NCBI RefSeq assembly: GCF_001194135.2
Contig: NC_068986.1
Coordinates: 9,780,911-9,831,580, forward strand
DNA from: Octopus bimaculoides
Lineage: Eukaryota
DNA: 50,670 bases
Reading direction: 5' to 3'
Position 1 is the stretch's first letter, and each line of letters starts with the position of its first letter. Below, one piece after another: positions 9,986-21,334 of the stretch. The position numbers and the translations under genes are program-made. A model generated the notes under the pieces. The model was given only the letters and a program-made list of their open reading frames with translations. It had not been told where the DNA came from and made no database searches.

Positions 9986-10769
9986 TATTGTTTTGCTGAT
10001 TCAGTCATTCAACTGTGGCCAAGCTGTAGCCCTGACTTCAACAGCCTTAGTCTCCAGTAGTCATTCTAATCTGGTGCATAGTTTATTTATTTCTATTTNN
10101 NNNNNNNNNNNNNNNNNNNNNNNNNNNNNNNNNNNNNNNNNNNNNNNNNNNNNNNNNNNNNNNNNNNNNNNNNNNNNNNNNNNNNNNNNNNNNNNNNNNN
10201 NNNNNNNNNNNNNNNNNNNNNNNNNNNNNNNNNNNNNNNNNNNNNNNNNNNNNNNNNNNNNNNNNNNNNNNNNNNNNNNNNNNNNNNNNNNNNNNNNNNN
10301 NNNNNNNNNNNNNNNNNNNNNNNNNNNNNNNNNNNNNNNNNNNNNNNNNNNNNNNNNNNNNNNNNNNNNNNNNNNNNNNNNNNNNNNNNNNNNNNNNNNN
10401 NNNNNNNNNNNNNNNNNNNNNNNNNNNNNNNNNNNNNNNNNNNNNNNNNNNNNNNNNNNNNNNNNNNNNNNNNNNNAAGCTAATTATAAATTTCGAGGCC
10501 ATCTTGAGGTTATTCAACAAGTTCCCTGTCACACCTTTTAAAAGTTGTTCATTTTTGGTATTTCCCATCAGAATTCAAAACAACTGAAAGGATTTGACTT
10601 GTTTTCAAAAGAATTGGTCAGTAAAAATAACGTTCTTTCTTGAAGAAATTAGACTCTGTGATGAAGGTAATTTAACTAATCACCTTTGTAACAACAACAA
10701 CAACAACAACAACAAGTTTGAAGGTAAAGGCAAGGATGCTGATCAAAATATAACAATCATCATCATCAT

Positions 10770-11140
10770 CATCACTATTTAATATCTGCTTTCCATGCTG
10801 GCATGGGTTGGACGGTTTCACTGGAAACTGGTATGCTGTGGGGGCTGCATCAGGTTCTGATCTGATTTGGCAAGGTTTCTATGGTCGGATGCCCTTCCTA
10901 ATGCCAACCAAGCGTGTAGTGAGTGCTTTTACGTACCACCAGCATGGGTGCCATTGACCTGACACTGGCATCGGCCATGACTACGGTCTCACTTAGCTTG
11001 ACAGGTCAACACAAGCATAGCATATCACCAAGGGTCTTGGTCACCTGTCACTACCTCTATGAGGCCCAATGCTCGAATGGTACTTTTTACATGCCACCAG
11101 CGTGGGTGCTGGTCAGACAGCACTGGTGTTGGCTATTACT
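10770..11140 (-). mobile_element. Family D element
   Basis: (CAT)n tail then tttccatgctggcatgggttggacgg...ggatgcccttcctaatgccaacc. Confidence 0.75.
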
Positions 11141-11154
11141 AGACGGCACCATAA

Positions 11155-11550
11155 TAATAATAATCATACTGCTCCATCGGTTACAACAACGAGGGTTCCA
11201 TTTGATCCGATCAACGGAACAGCCTGCTCATGAAATTAACATGCAGGTGGCTGAGCACTCCACAGACACGTGTACCCTTAACATAGTTCTCGGAGTGATT
11301 CAGTGTGACACAGAGTGTGACAAGGCTGGCCCCTTTGAATTACAGGTACAACAGAAACAGGAAGAAAGAATGAGAGAAAGTTGTGGTGAAAGAGTACAGC
11401 AGAGCTCGCCACCACCCCCTACTGGAGCCTTGTGGAGCTTTTTAGGTGTTTTCTCTCAATAAATACTCACAGTGCTCGGTTTGGGAATGGAAACCGCGAT
11501 CCTATGACTGTAGGTCCGCTGCCCTAACCACTGGGCCATTGCACCTCCAC
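11155..11550 (-). mobile_element. tRNA-SINE, family C
   Basis: Reverse-complement homolog of 38211-38575, with head ggtgcaatggcccagtggttagggcagcggac. Confidence 0.8.
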
Positions 11551-11609
11551 AAAAACAATAATATAACAAAGATGTCCACATTTATTCTTAATATATTTCA
11601 GCCAATTGA

Positions 11610-11825
11610 TGTGGTGAGCTGGCAGAATTGGTAGCATGCGAGACAAAATGCTTTTTGACATTTTGTCTGTCTGTATGTCCTGAGTTCAAATTCCACCGAG
11701 TGCAACTTAGTCTTTCATCCTTTCAGAATTGATAGAATAAGTATCAGTTGATAACTGGGGGCGATGTAATCAACTTACTTCCTCCCACAAAATTGCTGGC
11801 CTTGTGCCAAAATTTGAAACCAATA
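11610..11825 (+). mobile_element. tRNA-SINE family B
   Basis: ggtgagctggcagaattggtagc...gagttcaaattccaccgag...ctttcatcctttc. Confidence 0.8.
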
Positions 11826-12343
11826 CGTTCCTGCAGGTTTGAATAGGAATGAATATGTGAACTGCTGTTGTGTCTTGTTTCTGCTGGAATGTTCTAAGAA
11901 TCAATACATACACCATTGTTTTGAAACAGCATGGTGTTTCAAAGTCTTTTTGTGTCAATGATTCCATTGTTTTTTGGACACACATCATTTAGATGGTGAA
12001 GTTGTTCTCCAAAGATGAAAATACAACTGTAATTGATACATTCATTTACTTCTGAATCTAGCAGAAAGTTTTAAGAAAGAATATATACATCATTGTCTTG
12101 AATCTTACTGTTTCATGTGCAATTGTTAATTTATGATCAAACTGTAAATTCTGCATTTAGCAATATGATTAAGTATTATTTCAGTCTGCAGCAAAAATGG
12201 GAACTTAATACAATAACTTGGTGGTTCCCAACCTGTGGTCAGTGGACCCCTGGTGGTTGGCAAAGGTAGTACTGGGGGTCCATCAGCATGTTAAGCTGAC
12301 AGACCTTTTACTGTCCTGGAGTTTGTGGGAAAACTCATTTAAA

Positions 12344-12384
<41 letters not shown>

Positions 12385-12393
<9 letters not shown>

Positions 12394-13590
12394 AATCAGG
12401 CCTTCTAGATTCTATTACTCTCAGTCTGAATGTTAAAATCCCACAACATCTTGTATTTCTTACTTTCTAGTAATATCAGTATGTTCAAATCCTAACTTTC
12501 TACAAAGCTCCCAGTGGACTGTTCTCCCTAGATTGTCATGTCTTTTCTTGTAGTCTTTCTGTGCCAGCAGACTACATTCTCTTACTATATGAGTAACACT
12601 TTCCTTTTTTATTTGCATAATCTATATTGGGAATCTACTTGGTTTTTGTCTGTCTTGGCTTTTATCCAATAAGTCCTTAATGCTTCATCTTGTGCAGCTA
12701 CTAACAATCTTTCTGTCTCCCTTTTCAGTTTTCCCTTCTGCAGTCATAGCCATGTCTCACTACTACTATTTGCTGAGACTATCTTTGGGAATTTATCATG
12801 CAATGCCTTCTCCTGCTAGTCAGATAATCTCTATTATTCTTTCTGGTTTTTAAGTTCATTTGGTGTTTTGGTTTCCCTATGTGTTATGGTGGACACCCCC
12901 AAGTGAGAAGTGGGCTGTTCAACTACTGTTAAATAGTGGACAGATACAACAAGCAGTGTCAGTCAGCAAGGTACGCTGTTCAGGCCAGTCATGCAGACGA
13001 CGGAAGTTATGTCGTCATAATATGGGACATATCACCATGTCTTTTTGTGACTCTCACAGATTTTAATAAACTTTCTTCACTATTACCTACATAGGAACCT
13101 CTATCTATTCTAATTAATTCCACGCAGTCTTCCACTGATATTAACCCTTTTCCATCTTCCTTTCTAGGTATGTATAATCTTGCTACTCCTGCCCTTGAGT
13201 GGAGTCCTCCATCCATATTAAATTCCTTCCTAGTCCTTCTGTCTAGCTTTGCTAATTCAGTTTTTGTCCAATCTACAAAAACTGCTGAGTATCTAAATAA
13301 TGATAGTGCCCAAGTGTTTACAGCCTTCACTAGGTTCGAACCATTTAGCATCGATTTCATTAGCTTCCTCATCCTTCTGATGTACTCCTTCTCAATTTTC
13401 ATTTTCATTCTTGTAGTCAGTACTCTGTCAGATTCTTATAATCCTAGATACTTATAATTCTCTCCTCCTTTCAATGATTTTAATGGCTGTCCATCTGGTA
13501 ATTGGATGCCTTCGCTGCTGACTACCTATCCCCTTCTCATGACTAATATTGCACACTTATCTATGCCAAATTCCATGCCTATACCTTTTA
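12385..13590 (-). pseudogene. R4/Dong-clade non-LTR retrotransposon fragment (RT C-terminus/thumb, CCHC region, start of RLE)
   Basis: GMEFGIDKCAIL, YKYLG, ORF 13007-13408 (AVNTWALSLFRYS...RLYIPRKEDGKGLISVED), AAQDEALRT, KRHDN, RRPDLVVV. Many stops; 5' end abuts (AAT)n. Confidence 0.85.
12883..13036. mobile_element. 154-bp insertion inside the R4/Dong fragment
   Basis: Bounded by ATGT direct repeats (12879-82, 13037-40). Removing it joins LINE-like sequence on both sides. Confidence 0.5.
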
Positions 13591-13599
13591 TTATTATTA

Positions 13600-13634
<35 letters not shown>

Positions 13635-14884
13635 TTCTTTTCACTTTTCAGAGCTCTCAACTTCACTTGCTCTGGCTAATTCTGTAAGAGCGGAAAACAA
13701 TCTATCACCACCACCACGACCACCACCACCACCACCATCACCACCACCANNNNNNNNNNNNNNNNNNNNNNNNNNNNNNNNNNNNNNNNNNNNNNNNNNN
13801 NNNNNNNNNNNNNNNNNNNNNNNNNNNNNNNNNNNNNNNNNNNNNNNNNNNNNNNNNNNNNNNNNNNNNNNNNNNNNNNNNNNNNNNNNNNNNNNNNNNN
13901 NNACCACCACCAACACCACCACCACCACCACCACCACCATCACCATTATCTTAAATATATTTTTTTATACATTAATTTGTAATGTTTCCCTTTTTTTAAA
14001 CCTAGTTTCGTAATTTCCAAGTCTTACTCTATTTCTCAACTCTTCACCAGACAATGTATAGATTCATCTCAGTTTTAAAGTTTGTTGTTGTTGTTGTTGT
14101 TGCTGATGAATGGGTGTACTTAGTTCCTTCATCCTTTATCTGAAGACTACTTAGAAAGAAATTAGACTCCAAACTTAAAACATCAGCTGTGGACTGAAAG
14201 TATAAACAAGAATTTATTCCTTTTGCTTGATTACAAATCACACAATTTCTGTTTTTTTTTATTCCTTAGTCTGAGAGATAAGGAACAGTGACCATTATCT
14301 CTTTAGGCAGTGTCTCATAGATCATTCTAGCCTCAGACCCACAGACATGCTGTCTCGCCTCTCTGCTTACCACACTGGTCTCTCTGCTGCTGCCACCTAC
14401 AGTCACTCGTTGCTCATGTAGTATGCACACCATTAAGATCTGCACCACCCCATTGACCACTATATTCAGCCTTTCTTCTCAAAACTGTAAATTTCCTTCT
14501 TTGCACATTCTTCATGCAGATGGCAATTTGCTGCTGTTCAAGAAGTGCATTAACTGCACCAATTTCACCAATTCCAGAGAACCTGCAAAGGCCGTGTTTC
14601 TGATTTTAAAAAAATATGAAAAACAGAAAGAAAATGGTGTGGTTTATGGATTAATGTTCATCTTGAACTGTCTTAAGTTTTTTGGTTCACAGAAGCAGTG
14701 AAAAGAGAGGCAAGTTCCAAAATGAAGATGTCCAGGGGAAGAAGGACTGGGAGATAGTTTAATATGGAGTCAAGAGATGAATGATGTGGTGGAGGGGCAT
14801 TGATTCGAGAGAGAAAGATAGATACATCAGTTGGGTTGAAATGGAAGTAGCATTGAATCAGGAACCATTATATTGGTTTCAAAC

Positions 14885-15090
14885 TTTAGCACAAGGCCAG
14901 CAATTTCGGGGGAAGTGGGGGATAAGTCAATAATATCGACCCCAGTGTTCAACTGGTACTTTTTTTTTTGACCCTGAAAGAATGACAGGCAAAGTCGACT
15001 TCGGCTGGCATTTGAACTCAGAACATAATAAGTTGGAAGAAATGCTGGTAAGCATTTTGTCTTGGAACAATTCTGCCAGCTTGCTCCCTC
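14885..15090 (-). mobile_element. tRNA-SINE family B
   Basis: Reverse complement of the family B pattern. Confidence 0.8.
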
Positions 15091-15101
15091 GGAACCATTT
15101 A

Positions 15102-15357
15102 TTGCATTGGTGCATAATTATTGCAGCTTTTTTCAACAAATTTTATTCAACAAAAGCAATAACAACATGTGACAAAAACATCTTTAAATGATTATTCCGG
15201 AGCATATTCACCATCTACTTCAATCACTGCTTCCCATTTGTTTGGCAGACGGTCAGACCGTCATTTAAAGATGTTTTTTGTTAAATATTGTTATCGTTTT
15301 TGTTGAATAAAATTGGTTGAAAAAAAAAAAAACTGCAATAATTATGCACCAACCTAA
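15102..15357. mobile_element. Mariner-derived MITE with about 90-bp imperfect TIRs
   Basis: ttggtgcataattattgcag...catctttaaatga versus tcatttaaagatg...ctgcaataattatgcaccaacctaa. The TIR resembles Hsmar1/MADE1 TTAGGTTGGTGCA. Confidence 0.75.
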
Positions 15358-15979
15358 TTATGATAAAAGAATATGCTTGGTACAATCTACTGAGGTCAGA
15401 TTGCAACAGTTGCTGCAATTATTGTTGGCTAAGTGCACCACAGCACAATGCATGGAGTTAAGGAGGCAATTCATGCTGAAGCTGAGTTTTTAGGGTACAG
15501 TTGTGGTTTAGAGTACTGTGGATGAGTCTCTAGGGTTTGGCAAGGGTTGTGAGGTTTGAAGAAGTGTTTCAGGTGTATGATTGGAGATTCTGGTGGTGAA
15601 CACAGTGAATGTAGTCAAGGTGGACTTGGTTAGATTGTAACAATTGTTGTTCCTCTATACTTATCATTCGTTGTTTGCCAGCATGGTATTTAGGGACTCA
15701 CCACACCAGTGTTTTTAGGGTGTTATAATTTTTTGTTGTTGTTGTTACCCCAGATCAGTCCTGATTGAGTGGAGCTATGTTCAAACATGTTCCATTCATG
15801 ACGATCTCTTCTTTTTATAGATCGAGAACTACATTGTTCAACACATTAAAACAGTGACGTTTGATTTGATGAAGATGTGGCTATTGTTTTTAGTAGGTTA
15901 AGTGCTCGCATAGGGGCTCCTCATTCACTCATGTTGATGTCACTGCTTTGCCTAAAGTATCCCATCTCCTTATACATGC

Positions 15980-16207
15980 ATATGTAGGTAGGTACATACA
16001 TACATACGTACGTACATACATACATACATACATACATACATACATACATACGTACATACGTACATACGTACATACGTACATACATACAGTCATACATACA
16101 TATATACGTACATGCATACATACATACATACATATATACATACATACATATATACATACATATATAAATACATACATACATACGTATATACGTACATACA
16201 TATGTAG

Positions 16208-16238
<31 letters not shown>

Positions 16239-16495
16239 CATATATACATACATACATACATATATACATACATACATACGTACATACATACATACATATA
16301 TACATACATACATATATACATACATGCATACATACGTACATACATACATACATATATACATATATACGTATATACATCTATATGTACATACGTACATGCA
16401 TACAAACATATGTACGTAGGTACATACATATATATGCATACATATATACATACATACATACTTACATGCATATATACACACACATACATATATAG
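15980..16495. repeat. (TACA)n/(TATACA)n compound microsatellite
   Basis: Seen directly. Confidence 0.95.
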
Positions 16496-16658
16496 TGAGT
16501 AAATGTCTAAGTGACGATCTGGAGATAAGCTGTAGTTTTCAGAAAAACAAATCAAACCAACTGATTTGCACATTACAAATACAATCAGTAAGTGGAACAA
16601 TAAAGATGTGCAAGACTTTTCTCAAGTTTAAAATTTGACATTGTTTTCTACATTCCAG

Positions 16659-16719
16659 CGATGGAGTTTTGTATCTTCGTCAAAAACCAGCTTCTTCCTC
16701 GAAGGAAGAATTTAAATAA
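16659..16719 (+). other. Weak candidate terminal coding exon (DGVLYLRQKPASSSKEEFK*)
   Basis: Good acceptor ttgttttctacattccAG followed by a short open frame. No homology recognised. Confidence 0.15.
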
Positions 16720-16900
16720 TTAAATGCACAAGAGAACATACATACATACAGACATACGAGTGTGTGCGTGTGCATGTGCGTGCATGTATCTGTGTTCATG
16801 AACTTTCCCTGGATGTGAAGTATGTTGTTTTCTGTACTGTTCTAATGGAGAAAATGAAACAACATTAAAATAGTAAAAAACAAAAGCCCAGTAACTAATC

Positions 16901-16946
16901 AATGAATTGAACCCAGTTGATGTACCTCGACTGGGTTCAATTCATT
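16901..16946. other. 46-nt hairpin (20-bp stem, one G-U, 6-nt loop)
   Basis: aatgaattgaacccagttga / tcgactgggttcaattcatt. Confidence 0.85.
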
Positions 16947-17149
16947 CAAGGCTTCTGTTTTAGCAGTCAATGAAGAATAAACGACACCATTAACTGATTA
17001 CAGCAGGTTTTTAAAACTAGAATCACAAACAATGAAGATCTAGCTATTAAATGAAGGATACAATCTGTCACCATTTGATGTTGTGTCAATTGAATCAGCC
17101 TGAAATAAACAAGAATTGATTTTAAAAAAAATATATGCAAATATATTCA

Positions 17150-17330
17150 GATCTAACCATCTGAGACCACCCCTGGGTCTATAATACAAACTTCCTGTAT
17201 TAAAGTAATCTCAAGTATAACCTCCTACCAGAACTTCCTCTTAATTTATGTTCCAAACATCAGTTTAACCCTGTAGCATTCAGATTTCTTTGTCAAGTAT
17301 AATGCTTATTTTGTTCATAATGTTGTGTCT
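17150..17330. mobile_element. piggyBac-like (TTAA-CCC) MITE fragments
   Basis: ttaaccctgtagcattcaga at about 17264. The upstream part is homologous to 37330-37447 (opposite strand). Confidence 0.55.
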
Positions 17331-17489
17331 TTGCTCCAACATGGAATACAAAACGACTTTATTTATCTCCTGTAAAACCATCAGGTAGATTAATCAGGTA
17401 GGTTAATCTACCTGGTTGTTTTGCAAGAAGGAAACAGTTAACTTCTACTTTTCATGTCTGCATGAGTCAGACAAAGTATGTTTAATGAG

Positions 17490-17870
17490 GCAGATTTTAT
17501 ATGGCCAGATGCTGTCCCTGTCACCAACCCTCACCTATTTCCATGGGAAAAGTAACACATTCCCATTGCCAGACATGTTCTCACAGAATATTGGAAATGG
17601 ACAACACTGCTTGTATAACAGTGACACTTATTTACAACAATCATGTGATGTCAAGGCAAGGAAACACAAATATACACACTCACACACATGTGAAGCCCGT
17701 TCTATATATGTATATAGAACAGACTTCTTTCAGTTTCCATTTATCAAATTCACTTACAAAGCTTTAATCAGCCAGGACTATAGAAGACACTTGTCTATAG
17801 TGTCATACAGTGGGTCTGAACCAGAAACCATGCGGTTGGGAAGCAAGCTTCATAACCACACACCCAAACC
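17490..17870 (-). mobile_element. Family D fragment followed by OR1-like SINE 5' part
   Basis: Homology to 1930-2150. Also ttctttcagtttcc...ccagaaaccatgcggttgggaagcaagc. Confidence 0.7.
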
Positions 17871-17938
17871 TGTGCCTAATAGTTCTTAGATTAAAATTTC
17901 ACATCTACAAGAAATATTTCGTAGTATTTTTGTGACAG

Positions 17939-18030
17939 GACATTAAATTCAACCAACTTCTGCAATCAGAAATGACTGCCAGATTTTCTGAGAATATTCT
18001 CTGCGACAGATTATCAAACATCTTATCCAG
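17939..18030 (+). other. Weak candidate internal exon (DIKFNQLLQSEMTARFSENILCDRLSNILS)
   Basis: tttttgtgacAG acceptor, CAG|GTAATA donor, one open frame, non-repetitive sequence. Confidence 0.2.
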
Positions 18031-18044
18031 GTAATAAATCTTCT

Positions 18045-18190
18045 ACAATTTAGGCTGTGTGGTTTGGAAGTTTGCTTCTCAACCACATGGTTTCAGGTTC
18101 AATCCCACCACTTGGCACCTTGGGGCAAGTGTCTTCTGCTATAGCCTCGGACCGAGTGAAGCCTTGTGATTGAACTTTTCAGGCAGAATG
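18045..18190 (+). mobile_element. OR1-like SINE head fragment
   Basis: ggctgtgtggtttggaagtttgc...ggttcaatccc...ggggcaagtgtcttct. Confidence 0.7.
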
Positions 18191-18234
18191 TGAAAGTACT
18201 TGTGCTTCGTAACAGAGAGGAGGGAAAAGATCTG

Positions 18235-18475
18235 CTTAAGGATATTTATTTCTTTATTGCCCTCAAGGGGCTAAACATTGAGGGGACAAACAAGGACAGA
18301 CAAAGGGACTAATTTGATTACATCGACCCCCATGCATAACTGGTACTTATTTAATCGACCCCCAAAAGGATGAAAGGCAAAGTCAACCTCGGAATTTGAA
18401 CTCAGAACGTAGTGGCAGACGAAATACCACTAAGCATTTTGCCTGGTGTGCTAACAATTCTGCCAACTCACTGCC
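18235..18475 (-). mobile_element. tRNA-SINE family B with full tail
   Basis: Reverse complement of the family B pattern. Confidence 0.8.
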
Positions 18476-19039
18476 TTCAAATGCTTAATGATATTGAATC
18501 CAGAGTTGCATTCCAATTTCATGAGTTTCTCTGGCTCCAGTCTACATATTAAAACTGTTCACTTTCTTGCAGGCTTCTATTGTGTGCTGTATGGGTTTAC
18601 TTCTACAGATGCTTTAGTTAAAACCAGTATAAATGCTTCAGGCAAAAGAAAGACAATTAAACAGTTTGTTGAAGGACAAAGCATAAAACATGTCCCACAA
18701 TTTTTTGCTGTTGCATGTGTTGAAAGCTTAATTCTGAGAAGATAAATAAAAAGTGAAATTATTGAGTTTTTTTTCACACTTCAAATTTTAAATGTTACAG
18801 AATGAACAAGAAATGTAACAAATAAAGGAAACAGTTTTCATTATTCTTAAAGAAATATTTATGTGAGAGAGGAAGGGGGAGAGACAAAGACAGAGAGGGA
18901 GAGAGACAGACAGAGGGGGTGAGAGAGAGAGGGAGACATGCAAATATATGTACCTAGTTCAAAGTCAGAGTCCAGCGTGAGTCATGATTAATATTAGCTC
19001 CCATTAAGGTAGCAAATTGTTAACATGCCAATAGGCACA

Positions 19040-19200
19040 GATGTGGTTATGTGATAAAAAGTTTACTTCCCAACCACATGGTTCCATGTTGAGTCCCACT
19101 GCATGGCACCTCAAACAAATATCGTCTACTATTGCCTCGGGTCGGCCAAAGCCTTGTGACCAGATTTGGTAGATGGAAACTGAAAGAAGCCCGTTGTATA
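19040..19200 (+). mobile_element. OR1-like SINE 5' part
   Basis: Head and CORE, ending gaaactgaaagaagcccgttgtatata. Confidence 0.75.
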
Positions 19201-19221
19201 TATATATATATATATATATAT

Positions 19222-19408
19222 ACCGGAGTAAGCACATGAAATGTGCAACAAGGTGGAAAAAAGAGTACTCAAATACCAGAGGTAGAGTAATATGCTTTAT
19301 TTAAAAGCAGCAGAAATATAACAAAAAAACTGTTGAACGGGAACGTGAAACTCAGAGTAACAGTTTTTTTGTTATATTTCTGCTGCTTTTAAATAAAGTA
19401 TATATATA
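19222..19408 (+). mobile_element. (TA)n-flanked Penelope-like fold-back element with hammerhead-like core in its loop
   Basis: Perfect 39-bp IR (19295-19333 / 19360-19398) enclosing TGA-acg(GGAA)cgt-GAAAC-tcaga-GTA. Confidence 0.65.
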
Positions 19409-19799
19409 NNNNNNNNNNNNNNNNNNNNNNNNNNNNNNNNNNNNNNNNNNNNNNNNNNNNNNNNNNNNNNNNNNNNNNNNNNNNNNNNNNNNNNNNNNNN
19501 NNNNNNNNNNNNNNNNNNNNNNNNNNNNNNNNNNNNNNNNNNNNNNNNNNNNNNNNNNNNNNNNNNNNNNNNNNNNNNNNNNNNNNNNNNNNNNNNNNNN
19601 NNNNNNNNNNNNNNNNNNNNNNNNNNNNNNNNNNNNNNNNNNNNNNNNNNNNNNNNNNNNNNNNNNNNNNNNNNNNNNNNNNNNNNNNNNNNNNNNNNNN
19701 NNNNNNNNNNNNNNNNNNNNNNNNNNNNNNNNNNNNNNNNNNNGCTCCAGCATGACCCCGGTCAAATGACCGAAACAAGTAAAAAAATAAAAGAATGCC

Positions 19800-19935
19800 A
19801 GGAAAAATCTTAGCGGTGTTCCATGTTCTGAGTTCAAATTCCTCTGAGGTCAATTTTACCTGTCCTCCTTTCACAGTTGATAAAATAAGTACCAGTTGAA
19901 CATGGGGGTGGGGGTCAACCGAATCAACTTACCCC
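19800..19935 (+). mobile_element. tRNA-SINE family B, partial
   Basis: gttctgagttcaaattcc...tgataaaataagtaccagttg. Confidence 0.7.
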
Positions 19936-20052
19936 TTCTCTGAAACTGAGGAGGAGGAGGAGGAGGAGGAGAAGGAGGAGGAAGTTGCTTCTGTCAGTTT
20001 CAATGAAGGAGAGGACTTAAGTTAAAGAGACCAGTTGTAGTTGTTGTTGTTG

Positions 20053-20313
20053 TTAACACACCACACTTTCTCAGTCCGAACCCCACTCTGATATCAGCAC
20101 TGAAGGTATACACCGTATCAACGAGGGAACTGAATTGGGCTTCATCTTTACCATAAAGTTTGAGGTCATCCATGAATAACAAATGGTTGACTTTTTGTTG
20201 GCGGCTTTTGAATACATACCCAGCTTTTGCTTTCCTCGGAATCAGTGTTAGTGGTATCAAGCACAGTACAAAGATCAGTGGGGACAGGCAGCCCCCTTGG
20301 AAGATGCCCCTCC

Positions 20314-20314
<1 letters not shown>
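20053..20314 (-). pseudogene. R4/Dong RT core fragment
   Basis: RRGIFQGGCLSPLIFVLCLIPL...VNHLLFMDDLKLYGK...KCGVL (RT motifs with the MDD catalytic site). Flanked by (AAT)n and (AAC)n. Confidence 0.9.
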
Positions 20315-20358
<44 letters not shown>

Positions 20359-21317
20359 GGTGGACATTGGAATTAGACACTGAGGGAAAATGGCTGTAAC
20401 TTTTTTATTTTTTAAGTTAGNNNNNNNNNNNNNNNNNNNNNNNNNNNNNNNNNNNNNNNNNNNNNNNNNNNNNNNNNNNNNNNNNNNNNNNNNNNNNNNN
20501 NNNNNNNNNNNNNNNNNNNNNNNNNNNNNNNNNNNNNNNNNNNNNNNNNNNNNNNNNNNNNNNNNNNNNNNNNNNNNNNNNNNNNNNNNNNNNNNNNNNN
20601 NNNNNNNNNNNNNNNNNNNNNNNNNNNNNNNNNNNNNNNNNNNNNNNNNNNNNNNNNNNNNNNNNNNNNNNNNNNNNNNNNNNNNNNNNNNNNNNNNNNN
20701 NNNNNNNNNNNNNNNNNNNNNNNNNNNNNNNNNNNNNNNNNNNNNNNNNNNNNNNNNNNNNNNNNNNNNNNNNNNNNNNNNNNNNNNNNNNNNNNNNNNN
20801 NNNNNNNNNNNNNNNNNNNNNNNNNNNNNNNNNNNNNNNNNNNNNNNTGCTTTCGAATTTGCTTTCTATTTTTTTTTTTTATTTTGTATTTTTCGTTTTC
20901 GAATATATGTTCTCTGGTAAAAAGCGTGAAACTCGCAGTTCAACTTTCTGAGTAAATGCAAGATTTGGATTGTCCGCGTTTAGCTGTTATTTCTAGCATA
21001 TCAAGTTTCGTGGTGGGGACTCCACATGTGATCCTTTTTCTGTTTCAATATAAATTGAAGCCGTTCATTTTCACATCTAAGTTTCGAGAAGGCTACTCGT
21101 ACGACCTGGACATGTAGAACACAATGAAAATCCCCCCTCCCCCAGGGGGGTATGTTGGTGGTGGTGGTGGTGGGGGGGAAATCGCAAAAAAATTTTTTTA
21201 GTGGGAATCGCATGACCGGGACATATAGAACACATTATTGAAAACGAAAATCGCCTAACTTAAAAAATAAAAAAAGTTACAGCCATTTTCCCTCAGTGTC
21301 TAATTCCAATGTCCACC
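20359..21317. mobile_element. Non-autonomous DNA transposon with at least 62-bp near-perfect TIRs
   Basis: ggtggacattggaattagacactgagggaaaatggctgtaac... at both ends, one homopolymer indel. Inserted in (ATT)n, so TSD length is ambiguous. Centre is gapped. Confidence 0.85.
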
Positions 21318-21334
21318 ATTATTATTATTATTAT

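Noticed and set aside
14270-14460. Strong + strand acceptor at 14269 and a 64-aa minus-strand ORF
   Set aside because: All three frames after the acceptor stop within 7 codons, and the minus-strand ORF has no recognisable similarity.
5054-16600. Long ORFs rich in MYVC/HTYI, poly-S/T/V/N/L/I
   Set aside because: They are translations of microsatellites that lack stop codons.
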